From the NCBI GenBank assembly GCA_951406725.2, contig OX597819.1, forward strand, positions 46,624,001-46,688,000: a stretch of 64,000 nucleotides of DNA, given 5' to 3'. A program made the translations under genes and the position numbers. Positions 25,938-39,920 of the stretch are shown piece by piece. The stretch's first letter is position 1, and every line of letters starts with the position of its first letter. This DNA is from Octopus vulgaris (taxonomy: Eukaryota). Under the pieces are notes generated by a model. It saw only the letters and a list, made by a program, of their open reading frames with translations, was not told where the DNA came from and made no database searches.

Positions 25938-27270
25938 CTTAACATCTCTGTTGTAATGCCATCTTTCCCAGGAGTTGTGTCTGTTTTCATCAGTTTGAAG
26001 ACATTTTCGGGTTCACTGATCAGAATAGGAGGCACACATTCCAATTTGTGGTGATGAGCTTCACTGGTGATTTAAAAAGTTTGATGTAGAAGATTTTACA
26101 TGCCTCCTATATTTCTCCTTTGTCTGTCACCCTGAAATAATCCTTGTTCAAGCGACGTCACCTCCAACTTATAGAGTGCCACTCTCTTCTGCATCTTTTT
26201 AAACTTTTCTTTCTCCTGCAGTCTGCATCAATTTCTTCAGTCTGTAATTCTCGAAGTCATTTCTTAGATGTTATCTGATCGCTTTACAGAGAACGGAGTA
26301 CTTGTGGTGATCTTTTATGTTACTCCTCATAGTTTTCCGTTTCATTGGCGTTTTCTTCGTCTCCTCCGAACTGGCTTACAGTTTTTGCTTTCCAAATGCA
26401 ACTTGTAATTTTCTGTAACAGCAAAACGTAGTCCTCGTCGAGTACTTCAAGTTGGCACCAAATTTCCTTCTTAATAGCTTCAAGCAACTGTTACGCCTCA
26501 AAGGCTTTGACGCGTTGATTCTTTATTGAGATGTACAGAGCGTTTTTCTTACTGATTGTATTGATCACGATCATCGCCAGTACCAAAAGATGGCCATTGC
26601 CTGCGTTGAATGGCGCTACCACTTGGACGTCCTGCAGTATTTGTCGTTTATCGACCAGGATGGAGTCAATTTTTGCGTTGAGCGTTTGAGGCTATCCAAG
26701 TCCATCTCATTTCAGGTTGTTTCCTATATGTGTTGTTTCAGATATAAAGTCTTCTTGTTTCCACCATGGTACCCAAACGTTCTCCTCTTTTGCTTCATTT
26801 TCCTGATCCCAGATTACCAACATACTTCTCTCCCTGTCGTTCCTTTAGAAACTTTGCGTTGAAATCTCATATCACTGTGGTGAAAATTGATTTGTATACT
26901 AGCACTTTCTCGAGCTCTTGGTAGAATTCTTACACATCGTCGACTTCACTCACATTTGTTGGAGCATAGATCTAAATGATCTTCAGGGTGGCATTTGTTG
27001 AGAGGTGTACGTTTAGCACTCCGGTGGGTCATGAAGGCATGTGGCAAGAAACAATTTTCGACGCCTATACAATGCTTACAACGAGCCTTATACCACTTGT
27101 TTCTCTCGCATCTTCTGCTTTTTCTAGTATAACGACACTTCCATCTGTTCACCAAGCTTTTTTCTAATTTCCTTCGACGTGTTTTACATGGCCCTATATA
27201 TGTAATTATCATATAGTACAAGGACTTTATATTTCGCCTATTGTCTGTTTCAAGCAGTAAAATAATCACT
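25938..27270 (-). mobile_element. Decayed RTE-clade LINE (AP endonuclease to RT start)
   Basis: Minus strand: IYAPTN...EFYQELEK...DFNAK, RGERL, RWTWI, IDSILVDKR, NGHLLV (SDH motif), VPPILISE, PGKDGITTEML. Confidence 0.85.
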
Positions 27271-27653
27271 CCCCACTCATATTTTCATATAAGTAAGGAA
27301 CGTTTCTGAAAAAGAATACGCAAAACATTCTTTTGAATTATATTATGCGAAATAATTTTAAATAACATTTTTATACATACAATAATAAGAGAGAAAAACA
27401 TGGGCCTTGGTACGCCTTTATTCCATTTAATACATGTGTTTCAGAATCCGCGCAACACATAACGTCAAGCGTGAAGCGAAAGTCGTGTCAGACAATCAAA
27501 AAAGAAGAATTCGATTCCTCTTTGTATTACGTCACAGCCAACCCTCGGTTATGGACAGTTTGTGTCTACAAGCAACAGCGGGAGTTTAACGTGATTAACA
27601 TTAGAGCCAATACCTATTGAGTATAACTGTTGCGCGTCAAGCACATCCAATAG

Positions 27654-27685
<32 letters not shown>

Positions 27686-27691
27686 TGTATG

Positions 27692-27765
<74 letters not shown>

Positions 27766-27803
27766 TGTTTATATATATATATATATATACACACATATGT
27801 TTA

Positions 27804-27859
<56 letters not shown>

Positions 27860-28556
27860 AGTATATATGTGTGTATATATAGGCAAACACTAAAGTGAAA
27901 ATGCTTCAAGGTTAATGTGAAGATTGAACAAATAAGGCATGTTTATATTTTTATATATTTTTAATTAAGTGTTGATGCAAACACAATTGATATACACGGT
28001 ACATATTTAAGGAATAAGATTTTACACACGCATTCACCCGCGCGTGCGCAGAAATATACTAACGTACATAGATACATAATGCAGACACAAAGACACTTAT
28101 ATTTCATTTGTGTATAAAACACACACACACATACACTCACACACACACACAATCACACACATAATGACACACACACATATATATATATATATTTATATAT
28201 ATATATATATATACACACATATATACATACATACATAATAAAATATATATACGTAATATCGACTTACCAATATACATGTGTATATGTTTATATATATATA
28301 TTTACACGTGTATATATGTGGGGTCTATATATAAACACATATGTGTGTATACATATATATATATATATATATGTGTATCTGGTGATATCAGTGTGCGTAT
28401 GTATACATATATACATGCATACATACATACATACGTACATGTATGTGTTTATGGATATGATTGTGTGTATATTTATGTATATACCTACATATTTATACAC
28501 ATGTATATATATGTATATATATATATATATATATATACATAAACATACATATATGC

Positions 28557-28622
<66 letters not shown>

Positions 28623-29158
28623 CTACATATACGGAGAAGCCAAGATATTAATTGTAAAGAAAGCAACCAGAGCCCCTAAAAGCTAAAGATAATATGTTCA
28701 AATAGCTTATAATTATTCACAAAATTGACCATAAACATTCTTAGACCGTGCTTAAGATCAAGAATTGTGATTAGCTGAAGTTTTTAAACGCCATTAACGC
28801 TAGACGTTTAACTACTTGACACAACGGTTAAGAAATGCTTAAGTATTGCCGAAGCATTAGTGTTGTAGTTTTATGGCCTGTATTCGACTTGATTATGGCC
28901 TTCTAAACATATCAGCACCGTGACTAACATATCTCACCTTCAAGATGTCATGACGTAAAATATATATGTACGTGCGTGTGTATGTGTGTGTGAGCGCGCG
29001 CGCTTGTGTATCGGTGTATATATTGGTATATTTTATATGCCTACATATATACATATATATATATATGTATTTATCCATATATATATTTTCATATATAAAC
29101 ATACATTTATATATATATGTGTGTGTGTAAATATACATACATATATACATATTTATAT

Positions 29159-29232
<74 letters not shown>

Positions 29233-29308
29233 TAATATACTGTTTATATATATTTAGATAAATAGATAGACACATATATATACATATATATATGTACAGT
29301 GTATACAG

Positions 29309-29347
<39 letters not shown>

Positions 29348-29992
29348 TATGCACATATATACGTATATATATACATATATAAAAAACACGTATATACGTG
29401 TAGAAATACATATGTATTTGTGAATTAATATATATACACACATGCTTGTATATATACCTATACATGTATGTATATTACTAGCATTGATTATAGATCAATA
29501 TATACGAATACACATATATGCATGTGTATATATATATTCGTATATACATACACACATATGTACATACATATATGTATACATAAAATTCAGTTGAGAAAGG
29601 TACAGGAGTTACAAAGGGAGTACATGTTCGTGCCAAAAAATATTTCGTGCCCCCTATTTCAGAAAGTCTACAACCGTGCGAAACTCTCGTATAATACATT
29701 GATTTTCCCGTCCACCTGTTTGTGCCCCACTTAGACCCACTGGCACTCACACATTCACATATACACATATGTGTATATGTGAATGTGTGAGTATATATGT
29801 GTCTATATATATATGTGTCTATATGTGTATATGTGTCTATATGTGTATATGTGAATGTGTGAGTATATATGTGTCTATATATATATGTGTCTATCTATAC
29901 ACATATGTGTATATGTGTATGTGTTTGAGTGTGTGTGTATGTGTGTCTGTGTGTGTGTATCTATATAAGCATATATATATATGATATATATA

Positions 29993-29993
<1 letters not shown>

Positions 29994-30052
<59 letters not shown>
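29994..30052. repeat. (TTA)n microsatellite
   Basis: Direct reading. Confidence 0.95.
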
Positions 30053-30053
<1 letters not shown>

Positions 30054-30136
30054 TGAAACAGTTCGTTTTCAATAATTAATGATGACAGAGTCAGTATTGC
30101 GATATTAGTAACTGAATAATCACTTAGATTCTATAT

Positions 30137-30565
30137 ACGAGGTGTGTTCAAAATGCATCTGAGTTTAATTTTTCCCGCCAAATCTAGTGCTGCGTGAGTA
30201 AGATCCTTTGAGTTGGAGGTGACGTCACCCTTTCTACGCATGCCTGAAAATTTTCACGCCGCTAGAGTGCATCAGTTCTCATTTGTTACGCCAAGACTAG
30301 AGATATGCAGTGCGTGCTTGTTGATTTGCGTTATCACCGAACGCAGAGATATGGCATCAAGTTTTGCTAAAACCTTTGTTATACTCAAGCTCGAATCTTG
30401 GAGAAGTTTCAGTAGCCTTTGTTGTTGATGTCATGGGCAACACTCGGATCCAGGTGTGATACAACCAATTCAAACATGTTTCGCTTCAACTGAGAGTGAG
30501 GCACTCTCTGACAGGCCATCCACAAGTCAAAACGAGGAGCCAATTGATAATGTTTGGTGAACAGT
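30137..30565 (+). mobile_element. Mariner 5' fragment (TIR plus HTH)
   Basis: TA-CGAGGTGTGTTCAAAA TIR and decayed QRYGIKFC...RPSTSQNEE. Confidence 0.8.
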
Positions 30566-30600
30566 CACGAAAGACCATCATGTATTGTTCCACTTCGGGG

Positions 30601-30862
30601 TGGTCATTATTTTTTCTTTTGCCAAATAAACACACGCACTATATATTCGTTCTTCACTCATTTATTACACTTTTTATTCTTTATTACTGTTCTTATTCCA
30701 TTGCAATAAGCAGACAAAGAGCACAAACGAAGACAGAAAGTGTCGCTGGGAAGCTTAATTCCGGACAATGGACATGAGTTAGAATAAGAACAGTAATAAA
30801 CAAATGAAGAACGAATATAAAGTGCATATGATTATTTGGCAAGAAAACAAAAAAGGTGGCCG
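30601..30862. repeat. Imperfect inverted repeat (arms about 90 bp)
   Basis: TTGCCAAATAA...TATATTCGTTCTTCA...TTATTAC versus GTAATAA...TGAAGAACGAATATA...TTATTTGGCAA. Confidence 0.8.
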
Positions 30863-30936
30863 TACTGAAATACTTCAATATCTGCTTCAACACACGACTT
30901 CGCATCAAGAATCTTGCAACACAAATTGATAAACGC

Positions 30937-30972
<36 letters not shown>

Positions 30973-31142
30973 ATTTTAATATGTGTATGTATGTATTTAT
31001 AGGTATATGAACGCATATGTGTGCATGTACATATGTGTATGAATATATGTAACACATGTGTGTGCTGGCGTAGAGACTAAATATTCACTAACACGTATTC
31101 ACACGCATGCACACATGTACACATAAATACATAAATACATAC

Positions 31143-31727
31143 GAGGTAAGACGGTTTTTTTTCTCTATTTTGTTGCACACACGCATTTTTGCTAATACAT
31201 ACGCGGTGAAGCTACACATTAGCGTCGTATTTTTACGTTCGCTATTTCCAGTAAATATCGGTACTTAGTTGTGCCATTTATTTACTAATTTGTGTATTTT
31301 TCCCTCACGGGCTACTTTTTACTGGAAGGCAATACTTTGTATTGCATTACTGATATTTTGAAACTTCTTCACCGTTTCTCGTACTGTTAGCGTTCCGTAT
31401 TTCAGTCGAGTGTGTTAGTATTAATGTGGTAACATCGTAGATTTCGTCTTGGTATATGTTTGGCTGAAGAAGGTAAAGCAAAATATGGGTGAGAGACATA
31501 TCTTGCAAAACCTGAAACCTGCAAGGTACCACATTATCCATTTTCCGGGTGTTTCATCTTTCAGATGTTCTCCCTGGAGGTAAGACGTTTTTTTTTCTCT
31601 ATTTTGTTGCACACATGCATTTTTGCTAATACATACGCGGTGAAGCTACACATTAGCGTCGTATTTTTACGTTCGCTATTTCCAGTAAATATCGGTACTT
31701 AGTTGTGCCATTTATTTACTAATTTGT
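31143..31727 (+). mobile_element. Retrozyme/pseudo-LTR-like element: 434-bp unit with 151-bp terminal direct repeats
   Basis: 31143-31293 and 31577-31727 are nearly identical (about 2 differences). One HHR lies between them and the element ends directly in (TA)n. Confidence 0.8.
31456..31534 (+). ncRNA. Complete type-I hammerhead ribozyme motif
   Basis: ATGttTGG-CTGAAGA(31464-70)-AGGT...ACCT-GAAA(31514-17)-CCT gca AGG-TA-CCACAT. Extended stem II (GCA..ATATG/CATAT..TGC). Predicted GUA cleavage after 31528. Confidence 0.75.
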
Positions 31728-31779
31728 ATATATATATATATTTATATATATGTGTGTGTGTATGTTTTATGTATGTATA

Positions 31780-31815
<36 letters not shown>

Positions 31816-32178
31816 GCTAAACTGCATGAATAAATATAGTATAAGTTCTAAAATTTCCTTGTTCAGTATTTAGTTGAAATAATTTTCTTAACCCACCCTT
31901 CATCCCTCACACCTACCCCTTCACCCTAAGATCATTACAGCAAATTTAGCAGGCGGCATATGTGCTTTAAATATGACTAACGATTAAAGTATCAGAAATA
32001 ATACATCGTAAATCATCCATCAAAATATATATATCTATATATATATATCTCGATCAGATGGTCACGTGCCTCATGAAACTGAGTAATGTAGCATGCAGAA
32101 ACCAAGTGAAAAAAATAAACAACTTATAAACACACGCACACAAACAGATATATATATATATATGTGTGTGTATGTATG

Positions 32179-32269
<91 letters not shown>

Positions 32270-32287
32270 GTATATATATATATATAC

Positions 32288-32355
<68 letters not shown>

Positions 32356-32594
32356 GTATATATATATGTACAATACCAAATATTGGTTAGAATTGAATAT
32401 ATTTGGCGTATCTAAGACAATTCAGTTGAAACGGATTGCTTTTCTATAAGCAGTGTATAGTGTAGACCAGAAGAGAACTATCAATTATTTCTAGAAACGT
32501 AACAAGCTGATACGGCAAAAAAGGCAGTATGTAGCTGTATGCCGTTTTCATCGCCTAGTAAGACATGCATACACATATGAACATACGCTTAAAG

Positions 32595-32627
<33 letters not shown>

Positions 32628-32953
32628 TGCATGCATATATGTATATTTGTGTGTGTGTGTGTGAGCGTGTGCGTGTGTGCGTGTGTATACAGAAACACAC
32701 GTTTGCCTACGCATATGTACATTTTGTGTATGGTAGCGTATGAATACGTATGTATATATATAATATATAAATATATATACATATAAATGCATATATATAT
32801 ATTCATGTAAATATATAAGTATACATATATGTATGTTTGTATTCATGTATGTATGTATGTATATATGTATGTATTTATGCATGTGTGTGTATATCCATAT
32901 ATATATGCCTCATCATATATATATGCCTCATCATGTATATATATGTGTGTGTA

Positions 32954-32984
<31 letters not shown>

Positions 32985-33204
32985 TGAAAGTAAGAAAGAT
33001 TTATATATAGACAGATAATAAAGTTTTATATATATAGTGTGTATTACATTATATATGAAAACCTTTTTGTACATACATACATCAATACGTATGTGTACAT
33101 ATATCTGTGTCTACACACACATATATATATACGTATTTAATGTATGTATGAATACGTACGTGTGTATATATACGTGTGTCTATATATTTATATATATATA
33201 TGTG

Positions 33205-33240
<36 letters not shown>

Positions 33241-33247
<7 letters not shown>

Positions 33248-33527
33248 ATCACGTGACCGACCAGACCATCAGATTTTGCTACACATCGCTGGTCACAATG
33301 CATTCGCATTGTTTTAGCCTCCGAATGACGCCACCCCGCTGGCTAAGCGAGCAGGCCAACAGAAGAAAGAGTGAGGGAAAGAGTGGTGAAAGAGTACAGC
33401 AGGGATCACCACCCCCTGCCGGAGCTTTCGCTCAATAAACACTCACAACACCCGGTCTGGGAATCGAAACCGCGATCCTACGACCGCGCGTCCGCTGCCC
33501 TAACCACTTAGCCATTGCGCCTCCACA
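33241..33527 (-). mobile_element. tRNA-derived SINE
   Basis: Minus-strand head GTGGAGGCGCAATGGCTAAGTGGTTAGGG...GGTTTCGATTCCCAGACCGGG with A and B boxes. The 3' end abuts (TA)n. Confidence 0.85.
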
Positions 33528-33553
33528 CTATGTATGTATGTATACATTCATAA

Positions 33554-33598
<45 letters not shown>

Positions 33599-34160
33599 CA
33601 TATATATATGTATATATATAGTTATATACACATGCATATATATGTGTGTATGTGTGTGTGCGTATGTATGTATGTATGTATGTATGTATGTATGTATGTA
33701 TGTATGTATGTATGTATGTATGCATGTATGTATGTATGTATGTATGTATGTATGTATTGTCACACATCCTGCATTAAAATATACATAAATATCTTATTAA
33801 ATATACCTATGAATATGTCTATTAATTTATATATAGTGCGTGCATTTGTAAACGCATGCGTGTATACAAGCCTGGTGCATGTATGAGTGTATACATTACA
33901 TTGCTGTATGAGTGAGCTATGCTTGTTTATAGAGTCTGTAGCGTTGCATTGATCTATTTGTATATAATAGGTGATTTGTATTCTGCTAATATAACGGTGG
34001 AATTGATATTTAAATGCGCTCATCAATTGATAACTAAATATACATTTACACCGCACTGTCTTTCTTCCATCGTATCTGTCTTGACGTACTAACAAAAACA
34101 AATGCGTATATAAATACATGTGCGTGTATATATCTATATGTGTGTATCTATGTATGTTTG

Positions 34161-34210
<50 letters not shown>

Positions 34211-34270
34211 TATATATATATAGATATATATATATATAAACATATATATATATATATGTATGTATGTATC

Positions 34271-34307
<37 letters not shown>

Positions 34308-34501
34308 ACATACATTCATACATTCATACACACACATATATGCGTATGTGTGTGTACATATATATACATACACATTTATTTATATACATATACATATGAA
34401 AATACATTTACATACATATATTACCGTATACAAATATATATATATATATATACATACATCATACTTATGTATATGGGTGTGTAATCATATATATATATAT
34501 G

Positions 34502-34535
<34 letters not shown>

Positions 34536-34680
34536 TGTATGTATGTATGTATAGGTATGTATATAATATATGCATACCCATGTATGTTTACATACATGTG
34601 TGTTTGTACCTACTTACGTACGTATGTATCTCTGTCAGAACTTGTGTGTATTTATGAATGTATCTATGTATCTATATACG

Positions 34681-34717
<37 letters not shown>

Positions 34718-35969
34718 GTGTACAAACAACACCAGACAAAAAATCGTTGGGAGACATTTACACAGGAAACGTTATTTATACATAGCTTAAATTTAAGTTA
34801 TGTCATGTGACACAAGTTATTCCAGTTGTTGAAAATGCATGTGATGTACATCATATATAGATTTGTAAGAATCTTAAAAACCCTTTCTCTACTTGTTGCC
34901 GCTTCTTTATAAATTTGTCAATTCTAATTATGTCAACAAATGATTTTCGTACGTAATCTTATTTGTTATATTACAAGCGTTTTATAATGAATGTATAGAC
35001 ATTAAATCAGCATTCTCGGAATTAACTTTATCATATATTTATGTATTAATTTCAATTTTATTCCGTTTAATGTCAGTTTGTGCATTTCAGTTGGACACAA
35101 AAATGCACTCCGTTTTGAAAAATATTTTATTTTATCTTAATAAATTATGAAAAAAAAGCGATTTATACATATCACGGAAATTAGAATATCATAGTTCCAT
35201 TGACAACTATATCAACACAAAATTGCATTGATCATGTGTGTGTGCGTGAGAGAGAGAGAGAGAGAGAGAGAGAGGGAATTGTAAATCCCACTTGTGTTCT
35301 TATGTATTTAAGAAGAGTAAGAACACAAGTGGGGCTCAAAATTTACTACACCTGTTTCGGTAGCATTTTATTAATGCACCCATAGGTTACATCGTAGCAA
35401 AACCCCACCATTATCAGGTAACTTTAAGCACATATAAACTGATAAGGTTAAACTAGATGACCTATTCACCATCTAACATGATGAACAAGTGATATTTTAA
35501 AAGGAATAATCGAATTTAAAGAGAAAGTGAATAAACAGACGAATATTCTAAGTGCAACGACGTCAAAGCAATCCTACTTTTCCAAGGTGTTATCTTATAA
35601 TAATTCTGAATGTTCTTCCGTTACTTAGCCCGTCCGTAACGCTCCCACATTAGTTGAAGGGGATGGGGGGAAGGGGGAAGGGGATGGACGTGTGGAGTTA
35701 AGGGAAGGGAAGTGGAGGGTGAGAGGTGTGGAAGGAAGGGAGAGGAGAAAGAGGTGGTGGTGAATGAAATGTGTAATTTTTTTAACCAAGTTCTTTTCCT
35801 CCGTTACTTCGCCCGTCTGTAACGCTTTCACGTGATTAGTTGAAGGTAAAGGCGAAGAGTGAAAGAAAAAAGAAAGAGGAAAAGAAAGTAAGACGAAGAG
35901 TGAGAGAGAAAGAGGGAGAGTGTTGTGTTTAAGTCTATAAGATTGTGCAAAAAGTATATAAAGTGTATA

Positions 35970-36179
35970 CAGTTATCCCTCGACTATCGCAGGTGTTACG
36001 TTCCCCAAAAATACCCGCGATAGATGAAAATCCGTAAAGTAGAAACAGTACTGTACTGTATATTTTTATACTATTTATATAATTTGTATATATTTTATCA
36101 TAAATGCAAAACAACACCACAGAGGAATGGACTTAATCTTAATAAACCGGGATAGGTGAACCGTAATATGGCAAGGGAT

Positions 36180-36184
<5 letters not shown>
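35970..36184. mobile_element. pogo/Tigger-like MITE
   Basis: TA-CAGTTATCCCTCG...CAAGGGATTACTA-TA imperfect TIRs with TA flanks. Subterminal repeats CCGCGATAGATGAA/CCGGGATAGGTGAA. Confidence 0.7.
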
Positions 36185-36216
<32 letters not shown>

Positions 36217-36220
36217 TATA

Positions 36221-36420
36221 CTAGCAGGTAAGTCCGGTTTCACCCGGTCTGTTTGGATGATATAGCTGTGATCGTTTTCAGTTATGCATAATCTATAACA
36301 GCGTTTCTCAACCTTATCATTTCGGGTCTCCTCTTTTGATTGGAGCTTCCCCACTTGTCAGAAAGCAGTTTCAGGAGTTGTGAAGAAAAAATTTGTACGT
36401 AGTCTGTTTCTGAGAGCTAT
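36221..36420 (-). mobile_element. Helitron-like 3' end
   Basis: Minus strand reads CCGGGTGAAACCGG hairpin then CTGCTAG|T. Upstream extent uncertain. Confidence 0.5.
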
Positions 36421-36912
36421 TGTATTGGACCTCTGTCTAATCATTAAAACATTGATTTAATTATGAACATAAAAAGAAATTATACATTAACCCCTATTTT
36501 TGTAAGCAGCTGTATCCGTAAAAAAATTTATTTGCAGAGAACAGAAATTGAAAGAAGTTATATGAAATGGACGTGTGTGTATGCGTGCCAGCTTGCGTGT
36601 GTGTATGTGAGAGAGAAGAGAGACAGCATAGCCAAAATTTTGGCTGACTGTCATCCTGTACTCCCCTTGTTGGTAGCGAAATGGTATATGCCGGCTGTGT
36701 GAGCAACTGGTTGTTTTAATGGAACAAACGGGAATTCCATTAGAAAATGTTTTTATCCATTTTCTCGGTAACTATAGGGGCTAGGGAAAAATTACAAACT
36801 GCATTCCAATCTATGCACCCATCTCCACGTGTGTGCCATTTTTCACGCGATTCCACTCAGCGGTTTGGCTGTGAACCTCAAGATAAGAAAGAATACAACG
36901 ATCGCCCATCTC

Positions 36913-36970
<58 letters not shown>

Positions 36971-36971
36971 T

Positions 36972-37131
36972 GGCAGGAGTGACTGTGTGGTAAGTAGCTT
37001 GCTAACCAACCACATGGTTGCGGGTTCAGTCCCACTGCGTGGAATCTTGAGCAAGTGTCTTCTGCTATAGCCCCGGGCCGACCAATGCCTTGTGAGTGGA
37101 TTTGGTAGACGGAAACTGAAAGCCTGTCGTA

Positions 37132-37192
<61 letters not shown>

Positions 37193-37401
37193 TTGTGTGT
37201 CTGTGTTTGTCCCCCTAGCATTGCTTGACAACCGATGCTGGTGTGTCTACGTCCTCGCCACTTAGCGGTTCGGCAAAAGAGACCGATAGAATAAGTACTG
37301 GGCTTACAAAGAATAAGTTCCGGGGTCGATTTGATCGACTAAAGGCGGTGCTCCAGCATGACCGCAGTCAAATGACTGAAACAAGTAAAAGAGTAAAAGA
37401 G

Positions 37402-37404
<3 letters not shown>
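36972..37404 (+). mobile_element. SINE family B, full length, with internal (TA)n(TG)n
   Basis: Head with GGGTTCAGTCCC B-box, body, internal microsatellite at 37130-37205, and tail GACTGAAACAA(GTAAAAGA)n. Other pieces at 13808-13880 and 5395-5440 (minus). Confidence 0.9.
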
Positions 37405-37452
<48 letters not shown>

Positions 37453-37859
37453 TGCATTAAGTATTCATCGTCTTCCAGTTTCCTTCACTTTTCAATGATT
37501 AGCAGATGAGCGACCATCTTTTGATACAGACATAACACAGGCTACCATTAATTTATCATTAATTCCGTGAAATAATCTCGGGTCTCGGTTGTCTTAGCTA
37601 CTCTATAGTCTTAATTAGTATGTAGTCCTGACCGGCAGGTAAAAGCCAGCAGGGAACAAGCATGGTCATTAAAACCATAGGGGTCGTTGAAATAAGACCT
37701 AAGACTGTGGGATAAGGAGTCACGAACTGTTACCATTCATTCGAAGTTAGAAAATACAAATACTTATAGACATATACATTAGTTTATATTTATATATAAG
37801 TATACACTATACATACACTCACATACATAAATGACAGGAACGAAATGAAAAAATAAAAA

Positions 37860-38711
37860 CATTTTACCATCAAGTTTCCTGGGAAACCATGGGACTATGC
37901 ACTGTGGCTTAACTTCGTACGTCAGATGGAAGCAATTTTTGAGGCATATGATAACCTCATTTTGTTAATGAGAGATGAAGCTCGTTTTCATCTCAATAGC
38001 ATGATAAATCAACAGAATTGTCGTTATTAGGCTCTTGAAAATCCAAGAGAACTGCACGAAGGACCACTGCACAGTCAAAAAGTCACGTTCTTGTGTGCTG
38101 TTGGAAAAGCTGCCGTCATTGGTCCTTACTTTTTTGAAGACAATAATAGAAATGCTGTTACTGTGAACTTCAAGCATTACATTGAGATGAGAAACAACTT
38201 CTTTGTGCCTGAATTACGACGGAAACGTATGCCTATTCGACGTATGTGGTTTCAGAAGGGTGGGGCAATGGCCCACACAGCCAGAGTATCAATGGAGCTT
38301 CATCACCCTCTCTTCAGTGACCGCCTCATTTCCAGGCTCCCTGACATTCCTTGCCCCGCCCCCGCTCGCCCCCTGATTTGTCAATGTGTGATTATTTCTT
38401 GTGGGGAAACCTCAGGGAACGTGTGTATACGCATAAGCCCCCTACATTAGATGATTTGAAAGAAGCTATTCGCGTGGAAGTCGCCCAAATCGACAGAGCA
38501 ATGCTAAAGAGAGTGGAGGCCAACTTCCCAGAAAGCCTTTAGAAATGCCTCAGTGAAAACAGTCACCACATGATGGATGTTGTTTTCCACACTTGATTTT
38601 GACAAATGCTAATTCAATATGAACACATTGATGTCAATAAAATTTGTTTGCCGCTAAAATTAATGATTTTGTGAAGTTTTCAAAAATCTCCGTTCTCTCT
38701 GCCTCACCCTG
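37860..38711 (+). mobile_element. rosa-type (DD41D) Tc1/mariner transposase pseudogene with 3' TIR
   Basis: DEARFHLN, VIGPYFFED, WFQKGGAMAHT...SP-DLSMCDYFLWG with about 41 residues between the 2nd and 3rd catalytic positions after frameshift repair. Ends CACCCTG-TA. Confidence 0.88.
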
Positions 38712-39254
38712 TACAAGACTGACGGCTTGGCAACAACCTTATGACACGCGTAACTTGTTGGTTTTATCCTCATTCTGTATTTATTTGCATCACTTTTTAT
38801 CAAACCCTGCCTTTCTTCCTTCCAATATTGGCACGTACAATTCAAGTACTAGAAGTGCTTTCTTATAATTTATGGTTTTGATCCAATATGAGAAATCATT
38901 ATTTTTGAAGATGCTGACTTAACATTAACAAGAGTGTTGTGTAGTTGATGAAACCTTGTCGTACACATGTGTTTATAGAAGAGAGGTAGCTGAGAGCGTT
39001 TCGTTTATATGAGCTGGCTTTGAACGACCTTATGGAGAAGTGTCGTATCAAGTAAGTTACTGTGGGTGTAATCCGTAAGAGACAAGGTTGTTATAAAGTA
39101 TTTGTAACATAATTACTTCAAAAATATATCTCTGTATCGGTTTTGTGTCACACATTCCTGACAATAACACGAAGTTCATTCTCTTTCCCTCTTTTCTTTA
39201 AAAAGTATATTTAAAAATGAAGTATATTACTACATTTTCTACAAACGTTGTTCT

Positions 39255-39620
39255 ATTGTTAAGACGCTTGCTTCATAACCATGTGGCTTTGGGCTCAGTC
39301 CCACCGCGCGACACCTTGAGTAAATGTCGTGTACTATTGCCCCGGATTGACCAAAGACTTGTGAATGGATTTGGTGAAAGGAAAGTATGTGGAATCTTAT
39401 CGCGCGCGCACGTGTGTGTATATGTGTGTGTGTTTATCTTTGTGTTTGTTCACTACCACCGTTTGGCAACCGGGATTGGTTTGTTTACGTCCCCCTAACT
39501 TAGCAGCTCAGCAAACAAGAACGATAGTATAGGTACCAGGGGTCGATTTGTTCGGCTAAACCCTTCAGGGTGGTGTTCCAGCATGGCCGAAGTCAAATAA
39601 CTGAAACAAATGAAAGAGAA
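39255..39620 (+). mobile_element. SINE family B, decayed
   Basis: Colinear similarity to 36972-37404. Confidence 0.75.
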
Positions 39621-39719
39621 AAAATAAGTTAGAAAAAATAAAAAATAAACCTAACCAGATCAAGACGCCACCTCATTTATAAGGTCCAAAAGATTTGAAT
39701 TTTACTGATGTGAATGGAT

Positions 39720-39920
39720 TCGGTTACAACAGCAAGTATTTCAGTTGACCCAATCGACGGGACAGCCCACACTTGGAATTAACGTGCAAGTGGCTGAGAA
39801 CACCACAGACACGCGTACTCTTGACGTTGTTCTCTGGGTGCTTCAGCGAGACACACAGAATGAGACAAGGTTGGCCCTTTAAACCAGGAGTACAACTCAT
39901 TTTTTGCCAACTGAGTGCTG
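39720..39920 (-). mobile_element. SINE body fragment
   Basis: CTCATTTTTGCCAACTGAGT resembles ATTTTTGCCAGCTGAGT in the 10290-10515 SINE. Confidence 0.5.
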
